Shown: one piece after another, positions 39,371 to 52,100 of the stretch | How positions within the stretch are numbered: position 1 is the first letter of the stretch | How the letters are laid out: each line of letters starts with the position of its first letter | Source of the DNA: Raja brachyura | Taxonomy: Eukaryota | DNA length: 64,000 nt | NCBI GenBank assembly: GCA_963514005.1 | Contig: OY740799.1 | Location: forward strand, 8,804,001 to 8,868,000 | Direction of reading: 5' to 3' | Made by a program: the position numbers and the translations under genes | Notes under the pieces: model-generated | The model's input: the letters and a program-made list of their open reading frames with translations, nothing else | The model's database searches: none | What the model was told of the DNA's origin: nothing

Positions 39371-40559
39371 ATGATCCTCTCTGGACTGTGTCTTTGGTTG
39401 CATTGCAGACTTCCGTTTATGCACTATTCAGTTATTAATTTATTTGTATTTTTTGATTATTAAATATTATCTGCGTGTTATTAAGTTTAGGTGCCTGCTG
39501 AGCGGCAGCAAGTAAGAATTTCACTGTTAGGTACATACATATGACAATTAAACACTCTGGCCTCTTGACTTCCCCCCTTAACTTTTAGGACATGTTTTTA
39601 AGACAGCACTCCGTCCCCACGGAAAAAATACCAAGAATCAAAAGTCACGTTTTATTGTCAAATGTCCCGAAACGGAACAATGAAGAAGACGGGTCTCGAC
39701 CCGAAATGTCACCCATTCCTTCTCTCCAGAGAGACCCAGAGTCTGTCCCGCTGAGTTAATGCAGCATTTTGTGTCGACGAGCATCTGCAGTTCCTTCCTA
39801 CACATTTAAGTTCTTACTTGCAGCAGCACAGCGGATACACAGACACAGTACTGAGCAGATACCACCATAAAACAACCACAAAATGTCAATGTATTAAAAA
39901 ATAAACTAACAATAATACAGCAAAGACAAAACCAATGCCCCCTAAGTCTAGGCAGTTCATTACTTAGTTGGACGTCATAGAAATAATAAACTGCAGATGC
40001 TGGTTAATACACAAAAGGACACAAAGTGCTGGAGTAACTCAGCGGGTCAGGCAGCTGCTCTGGGGAACATGGATAGGTGACGTCTCGGGTCGAGGCCCTT
40101 CTTCGAAAGTCTGAAAAAGGGGTCACGCCTCGAAACGCCACCTATCCATGTCCTTCAGAGATGCCGCCCGACCCCGCTGAGCGACTCTGGCACTCTGTGT
40201 CCTTTCAGTTGGAGGTCGCAGTGTTCGATAGCCTGGCGGTTGTTGGGACACGCTGGTCCTCCACGCAAATGGAATTTCCTGCACAGAAATCGCACGGAGA
40301 AAGGAGGCACTTTGATGAACGCCACCGCTGACTGTTAAACATTCGAGGTTGCAGCAGAGACGAGTGCATTCGGCGTTGTGTGGAAGGGAAAACTCGCTGG
40401 CGAATCCCTGCATTGCAACGACCTCTACAGGACAGATAGATCTTGCAAACTCAGCACTAGCCCACTCTCGGGGGGGGGGGGGGGGTAATGTCGATTCTCT
40501 CAGGTCGGTCCGTAAGGAGGGCTGGGGGGGGGGACGTTGCTGCTTTTGAGCGGGGATGG

Positions 40560-40881
40560 GATGTTGGGGGAGTCCAGAACCAGGGGCCACAGTTTAAGAA
40601 TAAGGGGTAAGCCATTTAGAACGGGGATGAGGAAACACTTTTTCTCACAGAGAGTCGTGAGTCTGTGGAATTCTCTGCATCAGAGGGCGGTGGAGGCAGG
40701 TTCTCTGGATGCTTTCAAGAGAGAGCTAGATAGGGCTCTTCAAGATAGCGGAGTCAGGGGTTATGGGGAGAAGGCAGGACCGGGGTACTGATTGGGGATG
40801 ATCAGCCATGATCACATTGAATGGCGGTGCTGGCTCGAAGGGCCAAATGGCCTACTCCTGCACCTATTGTCTATTGTCTAT
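40560..40881 (+). mobile_element. CR1 3' fragment
   Basis: ESRTRGHSLRIRGKPFRTGMRKHFFSQRVVSLWNSL; (CTATTGT)n tail. Confidence 0.9.
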
Positions 40882-41854
40882 AATTGCAGATGCTGGTCCA
40901 CGCCGAAGATAGACACAACACGCTGGAGTAACCTCAGCGGGCCAGGCAGCATCTCTGGAGAGACGGAGTAAGGACGTTTCTGAAGAAGGGTCTCGATGTC
41001 TCCAGAGATGCTGCCAGTTCCCGCCGAGCTACTCCAGCACAATGTGTCTATCTTCGGCGCACCTGTTTTGGCTTCTCAGAATCAATATTCCATCTCCCTC
41101 CACTCACCCGTGCAAAAAAAGGTGTCCAATCTAAACCCGTAAACGCGTCCCCCGCCCACAGTCTGATTGTATCAAACAATTGCCCTTCCCAAGTCTGATA
41201 GCTACTCTCTCGGGAAATATGATAGCGTTGATTCCTGGAGAATAGAACTTTGCCTCCCCTCTCCCCAGTAGAGGTCCATAAGGGTTGGTATAACGGAGCG
41301 AGTTCCCGCAGAGGCATTTATTTCACCGCTCAACACGGGTCACACACTACTATCTCACGCCACAGATAGATGCAGGACTACAATGGCGTTGGGTTTGTCT
41401 GTATTTACATTAGGACGTGTTTGGTTTTGGGGGATATTTCCCAGAAAACGCATTTTCAAATTTGAACACATATCCCTCTCACCTCACGTAGAATCCAAAA
41501 ATACAGAGGATATACGCTTTAAATTAGGGAACGTATTCTCACTTATGTATTGCGACACAAAGGCGGCTACTCGGCCCACAAAGTCTATGCTATCCCCGCA
41601 TTCGTTCCATTCCCCTTATTTCCCTGTGACCTGCCCAACTACCTTGAAGGAGGGTCCCGACCCGAAATGTCACCTATCCCCGTTTTCCAGAGATGCTGCC
41701 TGACCCGATGAGTTACTCCAGCATTTTGTGGGGTTTTTTTGTAAACCAGAGTCTGCTGTTCCTTGTTTCTACCAGCACCATTGATTCCTTCGTCGCCAGC
41801 CCATACCAGGAGTCATTCACAGTGGCAGGTTAACCCACCAAGATGCACAGATCC

Positions 41855-42560
41855 GGGAGGGGAGAGGAGGGAGGGGGGAGAGGGGGGAGAGGGGAGAGAG
41901 GGGGAAGAGGGGGAGAGAGGTAGGGGGGAGGGCGGGGGAGAGGGCAGAAGGAGGGAGAGAGGGAGTTGGGGAGAGGAAGGGGGAGGAGGGAGGAGGAGGG
42001 AGAGGAGGAGGAGGGGGTGGAGGGGGAGGGGGAGGAGGAGGGGAGGAGGGGAGGGGGGAAGGGGGGAGGGCGGGGAGACGGGGGAAGGGGGAGGGCGGGA
42101 GTGGGGGAGAGGAGGGAGGGAGAGGAAGGGGGAAAGGAGGGGGGAGGGCGGGGGAAGAGAGGTGGAGGGCGGGGGAAGAGAGGGGGAAGAGGGGTAGGGG
42201 GAGGGGGGGAAGAGGGGTAGGGGATGGCGGGGAAGAGGGGTAGGGGAGGGCGGGGAAGAGGGGTAGGGGAGGGCGGAGGAGAGGGGTAGGGGGGAGAGAG
42301 GGAGTGGGGAGAGGAAGGGGGTAGGAGGGAGGAGAGGAAGGGGAGGGAGGGGGAAAGGGGTAGGGGAAGGGAGGGGGAGAGGGGTAGGGGAGAGAGGGAG
42401 TGGGGAGAGGAGAGAGGGGGGGAGAGAGGGGGAGAGGGTATGGGAAGGGAGGGGGAGAGGGGTAGGGGGAGAGGAAGGGGGTAGGAGGGAGGAGAGGAGG
42501 GGGAGTGGGGGGGGGGGAGGTGGAGGCGGGGGGGAGGGAGGCAGAGAGAGGGAGAGGGCG
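41855..42560 (+). repeat. ~700-bp polypurine (G/A) low-complexity tract
   Basis: Nearly pure G/A with many G3+ runs. Confidence 0.92.
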
Positions 42561-42854
42561 GACGAACTCAGCGAGCGGGCGGCACAATTCTAACCAGAGG
42601 ACAACGTGCATGGATTATGAATTAATGCTTCTTTTCTACGTTTATCATGTTGATGGCAAAATAGGGTTATGACGAGAAGGCTGAAGAGAGGGGACTGCTG
42701 CTGAGATATTTATCTGACTTTTTGTACTTTTCCAGCATTTTATGTTTATTGATCGGATCTGCAGCTTTCATGGTTATCTCTGGTATCCCACAGAATTGAA
42801 CCAATCTTCTACACCCAATAACATGGACCTATGTGAGATGACATCAACATCAAG

Positions 42855-43535
42855 TCATAGTCATACAGTGTGGAAACAGGCCCTTTGGCCCAACATGCCC
42901 ACACCAACCAACATGTCCCAGCAACACCTGTCCTATTCATGTACCTGTCTAAATGTTTCTTAAACGTTGCGATAGTCCCTGCCTCAACTACCTCCTCCAG
43001 CAGCTTGTTCCACACACCCACCATCCTTTGTGTAAATATGTCACCTCTCAGGTTCCTATTAAATCTTGCCCCACTCACCTTAAACTTATGTCCTCTGGTT
43101 CTTTAATACCCTACTCTGGACAAGAGATTCTGTGCATTTACCTGATCTATTCATCTCATGATTTTTTACCCCCCCTCTATAAGACCACCCCTCATCCCCC
43201 AGCGCTCCAAAGAGTCGCAGCCTGCTAAACCTCTCCCCATAGCCCATGCCCTCGAGTCTTGGCAATATCCTCGAAAATCTTCTCCGCACCCTTTCAAGCT
43301 TCTCAACATCTTTCCTATGACATGGTGCCCAAAACTGAACACAATACTCTGAATGCGGCCTCACCAACATCCTATACAACTGCAACATGACCTCCCAACT
43401 TCTATACTCATTGCTCTGACTGATGAAAGCCAATGTGTCAAAAGCCTTTTGACCAACATCTACCTATGATGCCATTGTCAATGGCACCTGTACTGCAAGA
43501 TCCCTCTGCTCTGCAACATTCGCCAGAGCCCGACC
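42855..43535 (-). mobile_element. CR1 LINE fragment
   Basis: LQLYRMLVRPHSEYCVQFWAP, FTQRMVGVWNKL. Confidence 0.88.
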
Positions 43536-43559
43536 AACTCTCCCACGAGCCCTACTGAA

Positions 43560-44118
43560 ATGTCCTTTTTAATGCTCTTTCAACGTCTGCAGTAAGATTC
43601 TGCAGATGTGCTATCAATGGGTGGTGGCCAGTGCCATCCTCTTTGCTGTCGTATGCTGGGGTAGCAGGGCAAAGGCCACGGATGCCAACTTAATTAACAA
43701 GCTCATCAGGAAGGCTGGTACCCTCCTGGGGGCGGTGTTGGTTTCACTGGAGATGGTCTTGGAGGGGAGGATGCCCCACAAACTGCGTAGCATTTTAGAC
43801 GCTACAGCTCACCCCCTCCATGATACACTGGTCAACCTGAGCAGCGTCTTCAGCAACAGACTGGTTCCACCGAGATGCAGTACAGAACGCCACAGGAGAT
43901 CACTTTTCCCTGTGGCTATCACACTGTACAACCCCTCCCTCTTCTGTCGTGGGTTGGACTGACTCCCCTCCCACCCTCCCCAATCCTTGCACATCCTCAA
44001 TCCTGGACTTTCCACTTGTCACTTTAATTTAATGTTTCTTGTATCTTGTAGTGTTTTATGACTGTTGGCAGACCAATTTCCCTCCTGGGATAAACAAAGC
44101 TCTTTCGTATCATATCGT
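43560..44118 (+). mobile_element. Rex1/Babar-type LINE 3' end
   Basis: VVASAILFAVVCWGS...INKLIRKAG...HPLHDTL...TERHRRSLFPVAITLYN; (TATCG)-like tail. Confidence 0.82.
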
Positions 44119-44602
44119 TAAATACATTCAATGACTTGATCCCCAGCTCCTTCTGTAGTAGAGAATGTTGTGGTCTCATCAAGTTCCTATATAATTGTGG
44201 GATGATATCCTATAACAAGGAATGTAGGAGGGGAAGGGGGATGCAAAATAAATAAATCCGTCCAAATACATTAATCACACCCATACGCTTTAACATCTTC
44301 CATGGATTTTATCAAAGGCATTCGGCTCTAACTGACCAAAACACAGGAAATCACAAACCAAACGTGTATTTTGTGTGAGAGGGGGAAAGTTTGAAGGAAA
44401 TATGCAAGGCAATTTTTTTACAGAGGAAATATGAGCTTCTGAACAAGGGCCCTGATGCAAAGCGTCACCTATCCGTGTTCTCAAGATATGCTGCCTGACC
44501 TGTGGAGGTACTCCAACACTTTGTGTCTTATACTTTGGAAACCAGCATCTGCATTGGTTTATTGAGTTTATTGGTTTAATTGAGATTAGTTTAAATTGGC
44601 AG

Positions 44603-45528
44603 AATAGAAAGGCAGAATCAAGCAATTTAATATCTTACTTATATAATATAATTTTAAGTATAGAAACACCAACGACAGAGACAATTAGAAGGGACTGGGA
44701 ACAAGAGTTATTGATAAAAATTCCTAACGATAGATGGGAAAAAAATCTATTATATGCAAATAAATGTTCAATTAATGTAAGACATAAACTAATTCAATTA
44801 AAAATTTTACATAGATTATATTATTCTAAAACTAGACTGAATAAAATATTCGCAAATGTTTCCCCCATCTGTGACAAATGTCTAACTCAAAATGCCACTA
44901 TAGCACATTCCTTTGTCTCGTGTATAAAACTGTATAAATTTTGGAAGGAAATTTTTTGAATTTTTACAAAACTATTTAACACAAAATTGAACCCCAATGC
45001 AGAACTGATTATCTTTGGATCAATGGAAGAGGGAAGTAAACTAACTATATTCCAATAAACTTTTCTTAATTATGGTCTAATAACTGCAAAAAAACTTATA
45101 CTCAAATTTTGGAAAAACGCAACTACGCCAACATTCAAAATGTGGATTTCAAATATGTCTGAAACGCTTCATCTGGAAGAAATGAGATTTCTCCTACTAG
45201 GCAAAGTAGACCAATTCTCAAAGACTTGGTCTCCTTTCATCAACTTTTTGCAAGCATATGGTGCAACATAACATAACCTCAGAAATTAAATGTTTTAGAA
45301 CCGGGTGATGGATGGGCAAAAATACGAAATAGGTAGATCTCTCCTAATCTCTCTTTTCTTTACTTTCTCCTTCTATTTCAATCTTTTCAGCTTCTCTTCT
45401 ATGTCCTTTATTTAATTTGCTATCTGTTTCTACTGGCTTTTCTATCTATTCCCACACTCTTTATTTCTTTTTCCTTCCACTGAAAAAAAGTAATTAAATT
45501 TTTTATATAAAAAATAAATACAAAAAAA
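44603..45528 (+). mobile_element. L1-clade LINE, 5'-truncated, with poly-A and a 10-bp TSD
   Basis: LIQLKILHRLYYS...CDKC...HSFVSC (CCHC knuckle), pyrimidine-rich 3' UTR, AATAAA plus A tail; AAATTGGCAG at 44593-44602 and 45529-45538. Confidence 0.88.
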
Positions 45529-46379
45529 AAATTGGCAGCACAGGCACTGTGGGCCGAATGGCCTGTTGCTGTGCTGCATTATACTATGTTTAATGTACAG
45601 CTTTGCATGCTTCCAGTTACATTAGTTCTGGAGCAAAACAAAACTAATATGAAGCGAATTCTTGGTAGTTGTTTACACATATTTACACTGTGACTGTCAA
45701 CAGCTTAATCTATGAAAGCAGTACATTGATATTTTTAAGTCAATCTTGGAACTGAATTTTATGAAAGTCAAGGGAAGAGAATGAAACCAGATTAAGGGTG
45801 AATACAAGATTTGTAAGACAAACCCGTTTATTTAGAAGGAACCATGCCAAGAGTTGTGAATCATACCAGCTTGCTGAACAATCTGTGTCACATTCTTATG
45901 CTAACTGGAACCTCACAGTTAATCATTGCTGGTTAGAGTCCTGTGGATAGTGTATTTGGGCTTCTAACTCAGGACAGGACCAATTTAAATTGGAAAATTT
46001 GGTTGTTGTTTATAGTTAATGGTCTCTAGGCTTTATTTCAAAGTTGATCATATTTTTCTTTTCTCCATTGATCATTGTTATTCTAGTCCAACTCCCTCTC
46101 TCTTTACTTTTCATCCTTTCTATGATTGGAATTAAGATAATCACATCTCCTCCTCTGTGCTTTCTTACCCCCCCCCCCCTTAATCTTTAAATGAGAAATA
46201 ATCCCACGTAACTCTCAGAATGTTTTTGTAGAAGTGCATGCAAAAGCAGCAATCCCAGACTACCTGGTAACCCTCACTTTTGTCATTTCAACGACACTCG
46301 GTTTAGTTTATTGTCACATGTACTGAGGTACAGTAAAAAGCCTTTGTTGCGTGCTATCTAGTCAGCAGAAATATAATAG

Positions 46380-47503
46380 GTTCAATATAATGGGTTCAGT
46401 ATTGATGTGGATAGGGAACTGGCTGGCAAACAGGAAGCAAAGAGTAGGAGTAAACGGGCCCTTTTCACAATGGCAGGCAGTGACTAGTGGGGTATCGCAA
46501 GGCTCAGTGCTGGGACCCCAGCTATTTACAATATACATTAATGATCTGGATGAGAGAATTGAAGGCAATATCTCCAAGTTTGCGGATGACACTAAGCTGG
46601 GGGGTAGTGTTAGCTGTGAGGAGAATGCTAAGAGACTGCAAGGTGACTTGGATAGGCTGGGTGAGTGGCAAATGCATGGCAGATGCATTATAATGTGGAT
46701 AAATGTGAGGTTATCCACTTTGGTGGCAAAAATAGGAAAGCAGACTATTATCTAAATGGTGGCCGATTAGGAAAAGGGGAGATGCAGCACGACCTGGGTG
46801 TCATGGTACACCAGTCATTGAAAGTAGGCATGCAGGTGCAGCAGGCAGTGAAGAAAGCGAATGGTATGTTAGCTTGCATAGCAAAAGGATTTGAATGTAG
46901 GAGCAGGGAGGTTCTACTTCAGTTGTATAGGGTCTTGGTGAGACCACACCTGGAGTATTGCGTACAGTTTTGGTCTCCAAATCTGAGGAAGGACATTATT
47001 GCCATAGAGGGAGTGCAGAGAAGGTTCACCAGACTGATTCCTGGGATGTCAGGACTGTCTTATGAATAAAGACTGGACTCGGTTTATACTCCCTAGAATT
47101 TAGGAGATTGAGAGGGGATCTTATAAAAACTTACAAAATTCTTAAGGGGTTGGACAGGCTAGATGCAGGAAGATTGTTCCCGATGTTGGGGAGGTCCAGG
47201 ACAAGGAGTCACAGCTTAAGAATAAGGGGGAAATCCTTTAGGACCGAGATGAGAAGGACTTTTTTCACCCAGAGAGTGGTGGGTCTCTGGAACTCTCTGC
47301 CACAGAGGGTAGTTGAGGCCAGTTCATTGGCTTTATTTAAGAGGGAGTTAGATGTGGCCCTTGTGGCTAAGGGGATCAGAGGGCATGGAGAGAAGGCAGG
47401 TACGGGATACTGAGTTGGATGATCAGCCATGATCATATTGAATGGCGGTGCAGGCTTGAAGGGCCGAATGGCCTACCCCTGCACCTAATTTCTATGTTTC
47501 TAT
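46380..47503 (+). mobile_element. CR1 LINE, 5'-truncated, ORF2 disrupted
   Basis: [17 protein letters not shown]...QGSVLGP...KFADDTKL...VRPHLEYCVQFWSP; (TTTCTATG)n tail. Confidence 0.95.
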
Positions 47504-48419
47504 AATTCATAATTACAATCGAGCCATTTACAGTGTACAGATACATGACAAGCGAATAACAATTAGTGCAATGTAATGCCAGCAAAGTCCGATCAAGGAT
47601 AGTCCAAGGGTCACCAATCCAGCAGATGGTAGTTCAGCACCACTCTGGTTGTGGCAGGATGGTTCAGTTGCCTGATAACAGCTGGGAAGAAATTGTCCCT
47701 GAATCTGGAGGTGTGCGCTTTCACACTTCTATACTCCAGCACAAAGTGTCAAATTGCTGCAGTTTCCCAGATTGGTAAACCTCGCCCACTGAATGTGAAA
47801 CAGTTTGGACTTGACACAAGTTCAGTGACTAATTTTGTTTTAAGGAAGAGGACTTTTTTCATTTAATGAGTTACTTTAGATGTACTTGATTCTGTTTTCC
47901 AGTATTTTCCAATTTATTATAGAGTCAGTCACACAACGCAGACACAGGCCCTTCAGCCCAACCAATCCATGCCAACCAAGACGTCCAATCTAAATGAATC
48001 CCATTTAATCACATTTGGCCCATATCTCTAAACTTTTCCTGTCCTGTCCTATATAGTGGGTCCAGTACAAAAAAAACATTTAAAATAATATATATATGCT
48101 AAGGGTATGAACATGGTTTATTAGCTATCAATGCATTTACATTGGTCGTCTGCTGGGCCCAGAATTACCCATTTACCTACGTTTGACATAAAGGATGAAG
48201 AAAAGTTGTCCAAGATGTTGGTGAGGCCACATTTGGAGTACGATGCTTAGTTTTGATCACCCTGCGATAAGAAGGATATTGTTAAGCTAGAAAGAGTGCA
48301 ATGATGGTTTGCCAGGAATTTGCCAGGATTTGAGGGCCCGAGCTATCGGGAGAGTTTGGGCACACAGAAGGTTGACTGGTATACAGAAAAGAGGTGTGTA
48401 AGATCGTAGACTTGGTAAG

Positions 48420-48983
48420 ACAGGGTCTTGGTGAGGCCACACCTGGAGTATTGCGTACAGTTTTGGTCTCCTAATTTGAGGAAGGACATTCTTGCCGTAT
48501 AGGGAGTACAGAGAAGGTTCACCAGACTGATTCCTGGGAGGCAGGACCCATATGAAGAAAGACTTGATAGACTCGGCTTGTACTTGCTGGTATTTAGAAG
48601 ATTGAGGGGGGATCTCATAGAGACTTACAAAATTCTTAAGGGGTTGGACAGGCTAGATGCAGGAAGATTGTTCCTGATGTTGGGGAAGTCCAGGACAAGG
48701 GGTCACTGTTTAAGGATAAGGGGGAAGTCTTTTAGGACCGAGATGAGAAAATCATTTTTCACACAGAGAGTGGTGAATCTGTGGAATTCTCTGCCACAGA
48801 AGGTAGTTGAGGCCAGTTCATTGGCTATATTTAAGAGGGAGTTAGATGTGGCCCTTGTGGCTAAAGGGATCAGGGGGTATGGAGAGAAGGATGATCAGCC
48901 ATGATCATATTGAATGGCGGTGCAGGCTCGAAGGGCCGAATGGCCTACTCCTGCACCTATATTCTATGTTTCTATGTTTCTAT
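48420..48983 (+). mobile_element. Young CR1 fragment inserted into an older CR1 remnant (~48200-49065)
   Basis: RPHLEYCVQFWSP...FFTQRVVNLWNSLPQKVVEAS; (TTCTATGT)n tail; decayed CR1 sequence on both sides. Confidence 0.88.
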
Positions 48984-49067
48984 AAGGGGAATTGATAGGA
49001 TTAATGCACAGTGTTTTACCTAGAGTAGGGGAATCAAGAACCAGACATGGGTTGAAGGTGAGAGGAA

Positions 49068-50879
49068 AAAATCAAGCCTGTAATTTATCCCATCAGATAA
49101 AGCATAACAAGAACTTTAATTTGACCCCTAATTCACTTTCATATCTTCAGTATTAAAACAGTTATGGCCATTTTCATACTCGGATATTAGCATCTTTTTC
49201 CCTATTGCTTTTCCATTGACTTAATACAGACGCTGTGATCGAGGACAGTCCATAACTTTCTTAAAAATTAAGAGAACTGAATGAAATTTTCCGTTATTAT
49301 AGATTGAAGCATTCTAAAAAAACAAATATAAAACATCTTACATGGATGACCTGAAATTAAAGCATATCATTAGTCAGTTACCTAATTGTAGCTAATTACA
49401 AAATTGACCGTTGTGACGGAAATAGTAATAAACACCCAGACTGCCTTGAAAATTAAAAAAATATGATATTCTCAAGATCAGAATATTATTGTATTATATG
49501 CTGTAAATCCGTAACAGATAGGTAAATAAATTACAATTTCTAGCAATAGACCAAGTCTTTATGGAGAAGATCAGTTGCTAGCTGGTACATTGGCATATCA
49601 TAATCAGTAGCATCATTATACTCCTCAGATTGTAACCAATAAGCAACTCTGTACACCTTGTTTTTCCTCAACCTTTCAATGTTGGCATTGTAAACTACAA
49701 GTTTTTATTCTTCAAACCACGCATGACATGCCCTTCTGCCCACTACTTTCCCCCATTAAGAATGTCCCATATATCATCACATTTGGAGTAGTCCAAATTC
49801 GGATAATCTCTGCGAATGCTAAATCAGTTTCTTTTGCTGGGCATTTGGATTGTCAATTTAGCATTTCTTCTTCAGAGACATCAGTTTAAAATGTAAAGGA
49901 AAAAATATATATTGAACAGCATTAACAGAAACAAGTTATTATTTGCAGTTTTAAAAAAAAGGTAGAAAAGGTTAAATACTAAAACAAATAGCAAATCCCC
50001 ACAAAAAATTCATATTCATCAGTTTCATCAAATCAATTAAATTCATCTAAATTCAATTACTAGATCTAAACATCCATCCATTTCTTAAGAAAAGGCTAAC
50101 ATTTTAAAATAGCCTAAGTATCCAAATAACAAACTGATCCCATCCGCACAATAATTCACAATATAACATGATTTTTAAATCTCACTGTCATTAACTTATA
50201 TGCCAAATGGAAGGAATTTAATGTTTAATTTCCATAAATTAATCTAGAAACATCCACTCTCCATACAATTAAAAATATTATATTTTGCATGTGACTAAAA
50301 CTGTTGTGGATATTTAGTATAAAAATATTGATTATGGATAGACAATAACTCAAAATAGTGACGATTTAGATGCTCTTATGACATGATTGTCCAAAAAAAA
50401 GAGATTTTTAAAATCATCTTGAGAGTGGATGTTTCTGGAATGTGATTGATTGGAACTTTGCCGTCGCCGTAGATTTTAAGCCCATATCGGCTGGCAAGAC
50501 ATGACCAATTCGTATGGGGCCTAAATAACATTTTCGCATCGTAAATTCAGACTAAAGCCACCCTAAGAAGCAAGATTATGTGTGAAATAAACAACTTACC
50601 ATTTGTTTTGCCCTGATACTGCGATCCGTGACGTTGAGGGCGTTAGAAGTCGCCTTTTTCTTTAATCCAGCTATTAAATTGTCCAAGGACTTAAAAAAAA
50701 AACGGGAACGGAAGTCCGATCGATTTTTCTTCATCAACTAGCAGCCCGAGGAAATCCCTCTCCGACAAGCAATACAAACCTGCATTTGAATCCCCCACCC
50801 CCCAAAAGGCTCCGGAGTCACATACACAGCCAGTGGCAGATCTGGAGCGCCACTGAAGGTAGGTTTTGTAACATCGCTA
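49068..50879 (-). mobile_element. Longer copy of the hATw-like DNA transposon, with a decayed coding remnant at 49540-49885
   Basis: Minus-strand end TAGCGATGTTACAAAACCTACC at 50879; collinear with 9079-10090 apart from extra internal sequence (mainly 49407-50050); the other TIR is lost. Confidence 0.82.
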
Positions 50880-51717
50880 CATTAGGTTTTGTATGGACAT
50901 AGTGGGCTAAAGGTGTAAGAAGGAACTGCAGATGCTTGTTTACAAAGATAGATGTGAAATGCTGGAGTAACTCAGCGGGTCAGGCAGCATCTCTGGAGAG
51001 AAGGAATAGGTTGAGACTCTTCATCAGACTGAAGGTGTCACCTATTCCTTTTCTCCAGAAATGCTGCCTGACCCGTTGAGTTACTCCAGCATTTCGCGTC
51101 TATCTTCTGTGGGCTGAAGGGCCAGTTCCTGTGCTGTACTGTTTTATGAATGATGTTAAGTCTTTAGATTGACAGAAGACACTTACTAGACTGGCAACAG
51201 ACCACAGTTATACAGGAAAACTGTAGATGCCTGTGTTGTTCTCACAGCAGAGGAGGAGCAGAGGAGATTTAATAATGGTTTCCAAAATTATGAATGGCTT
51301 TGATAGACTAAATGAGAAATTGTTTTAAGCAGCAGGAGGGTCATTCAGCAGGGAAGATACATTTAAAGTAATTAGCTCAACCAATAGGGAGGTGAGGAGA
51401 TTTATTTTTATACAGTGAGATGCAAATGTGCGATGTACTCTCTGTAAAGTTGGTATAATCAGATATAATAAATCTGTGCGAAAGCAAGTTTTAAAAGTGA
51501 ATTAGAAAGGAAAATAATACTGAGCAGCGGGGAAGCTACAGAAAAGTAGGGCTACTTGGAGCAGTCCTTTGAAATAACTCCTGTGCTCTGAATTCTATGT
51601 TTTGCATGTGTAATGTCTGCTGTGTGACCCTGTTGTGACTAGCAGTTGGGGTCCCATGGGAGGGACATGATGTGGCAGTAAGAGCCCTAGAAGCGATGGC
51701 AATTTGCTTCTCAATTT

Positions 51718-52100
51718 TTACTTCTTTTTGCCACCAGCCTTGGGTTTAGGTGCTCCTGCTCCCTCAATCTCTGCTGCTAAAGCATCAATGTCATTGTCAT
51801 CTTTGGCATTTTCCTCGTTCTTGTTTTTCTGCTTCTTTCCCCATCTCCTTCGCAGTTTCCCGACTCTGTCACTTAAAAAAAAATCTCTTCCAGACATGTG
51901 GTGTCCTTTAATTTCTCGATCATGGCGGCGGCCGTTATTGCCGCGCGGACGCGGGCTCCGCTCTTTGATCTTTGGGCGCGGGTGACGGCGCGGTGGCAGC
52001 CATTACTCCCTCTGGGATGGGCCGTCTATGAAGACCTGCGGTTCCTCCGTCGATTCCTCTGGCCATCACGAAAGGCGACTTTCTCTCCGTCTCCTGACCC
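51718..52100 (-). pseudogene. eif5b: EIF5B processed-pseudogene fragment (GC-rich 5' UTR plus ~41 codons)
   Basis: ATG at 51844. Removing one extra base after ATG GGG gives MGKKQKNKNEENAKDDNDIDALAAEIEGAGAPKPKAGGKKK* (TAA at 51718-51720), matching the eIF5B N-terminus MGKKQKNKSEDSTKDDIDLDALAAEIEGAGA. The 5' boundary is approximate. Confidence 0.88.

Noticed and set aside
41763-42611. Pro-rich and Gly/Glu/Arg-rich ORFs (also 32532-33076)
   Set aside because: Translations of low-complexity purine/pyrimidine tracts.
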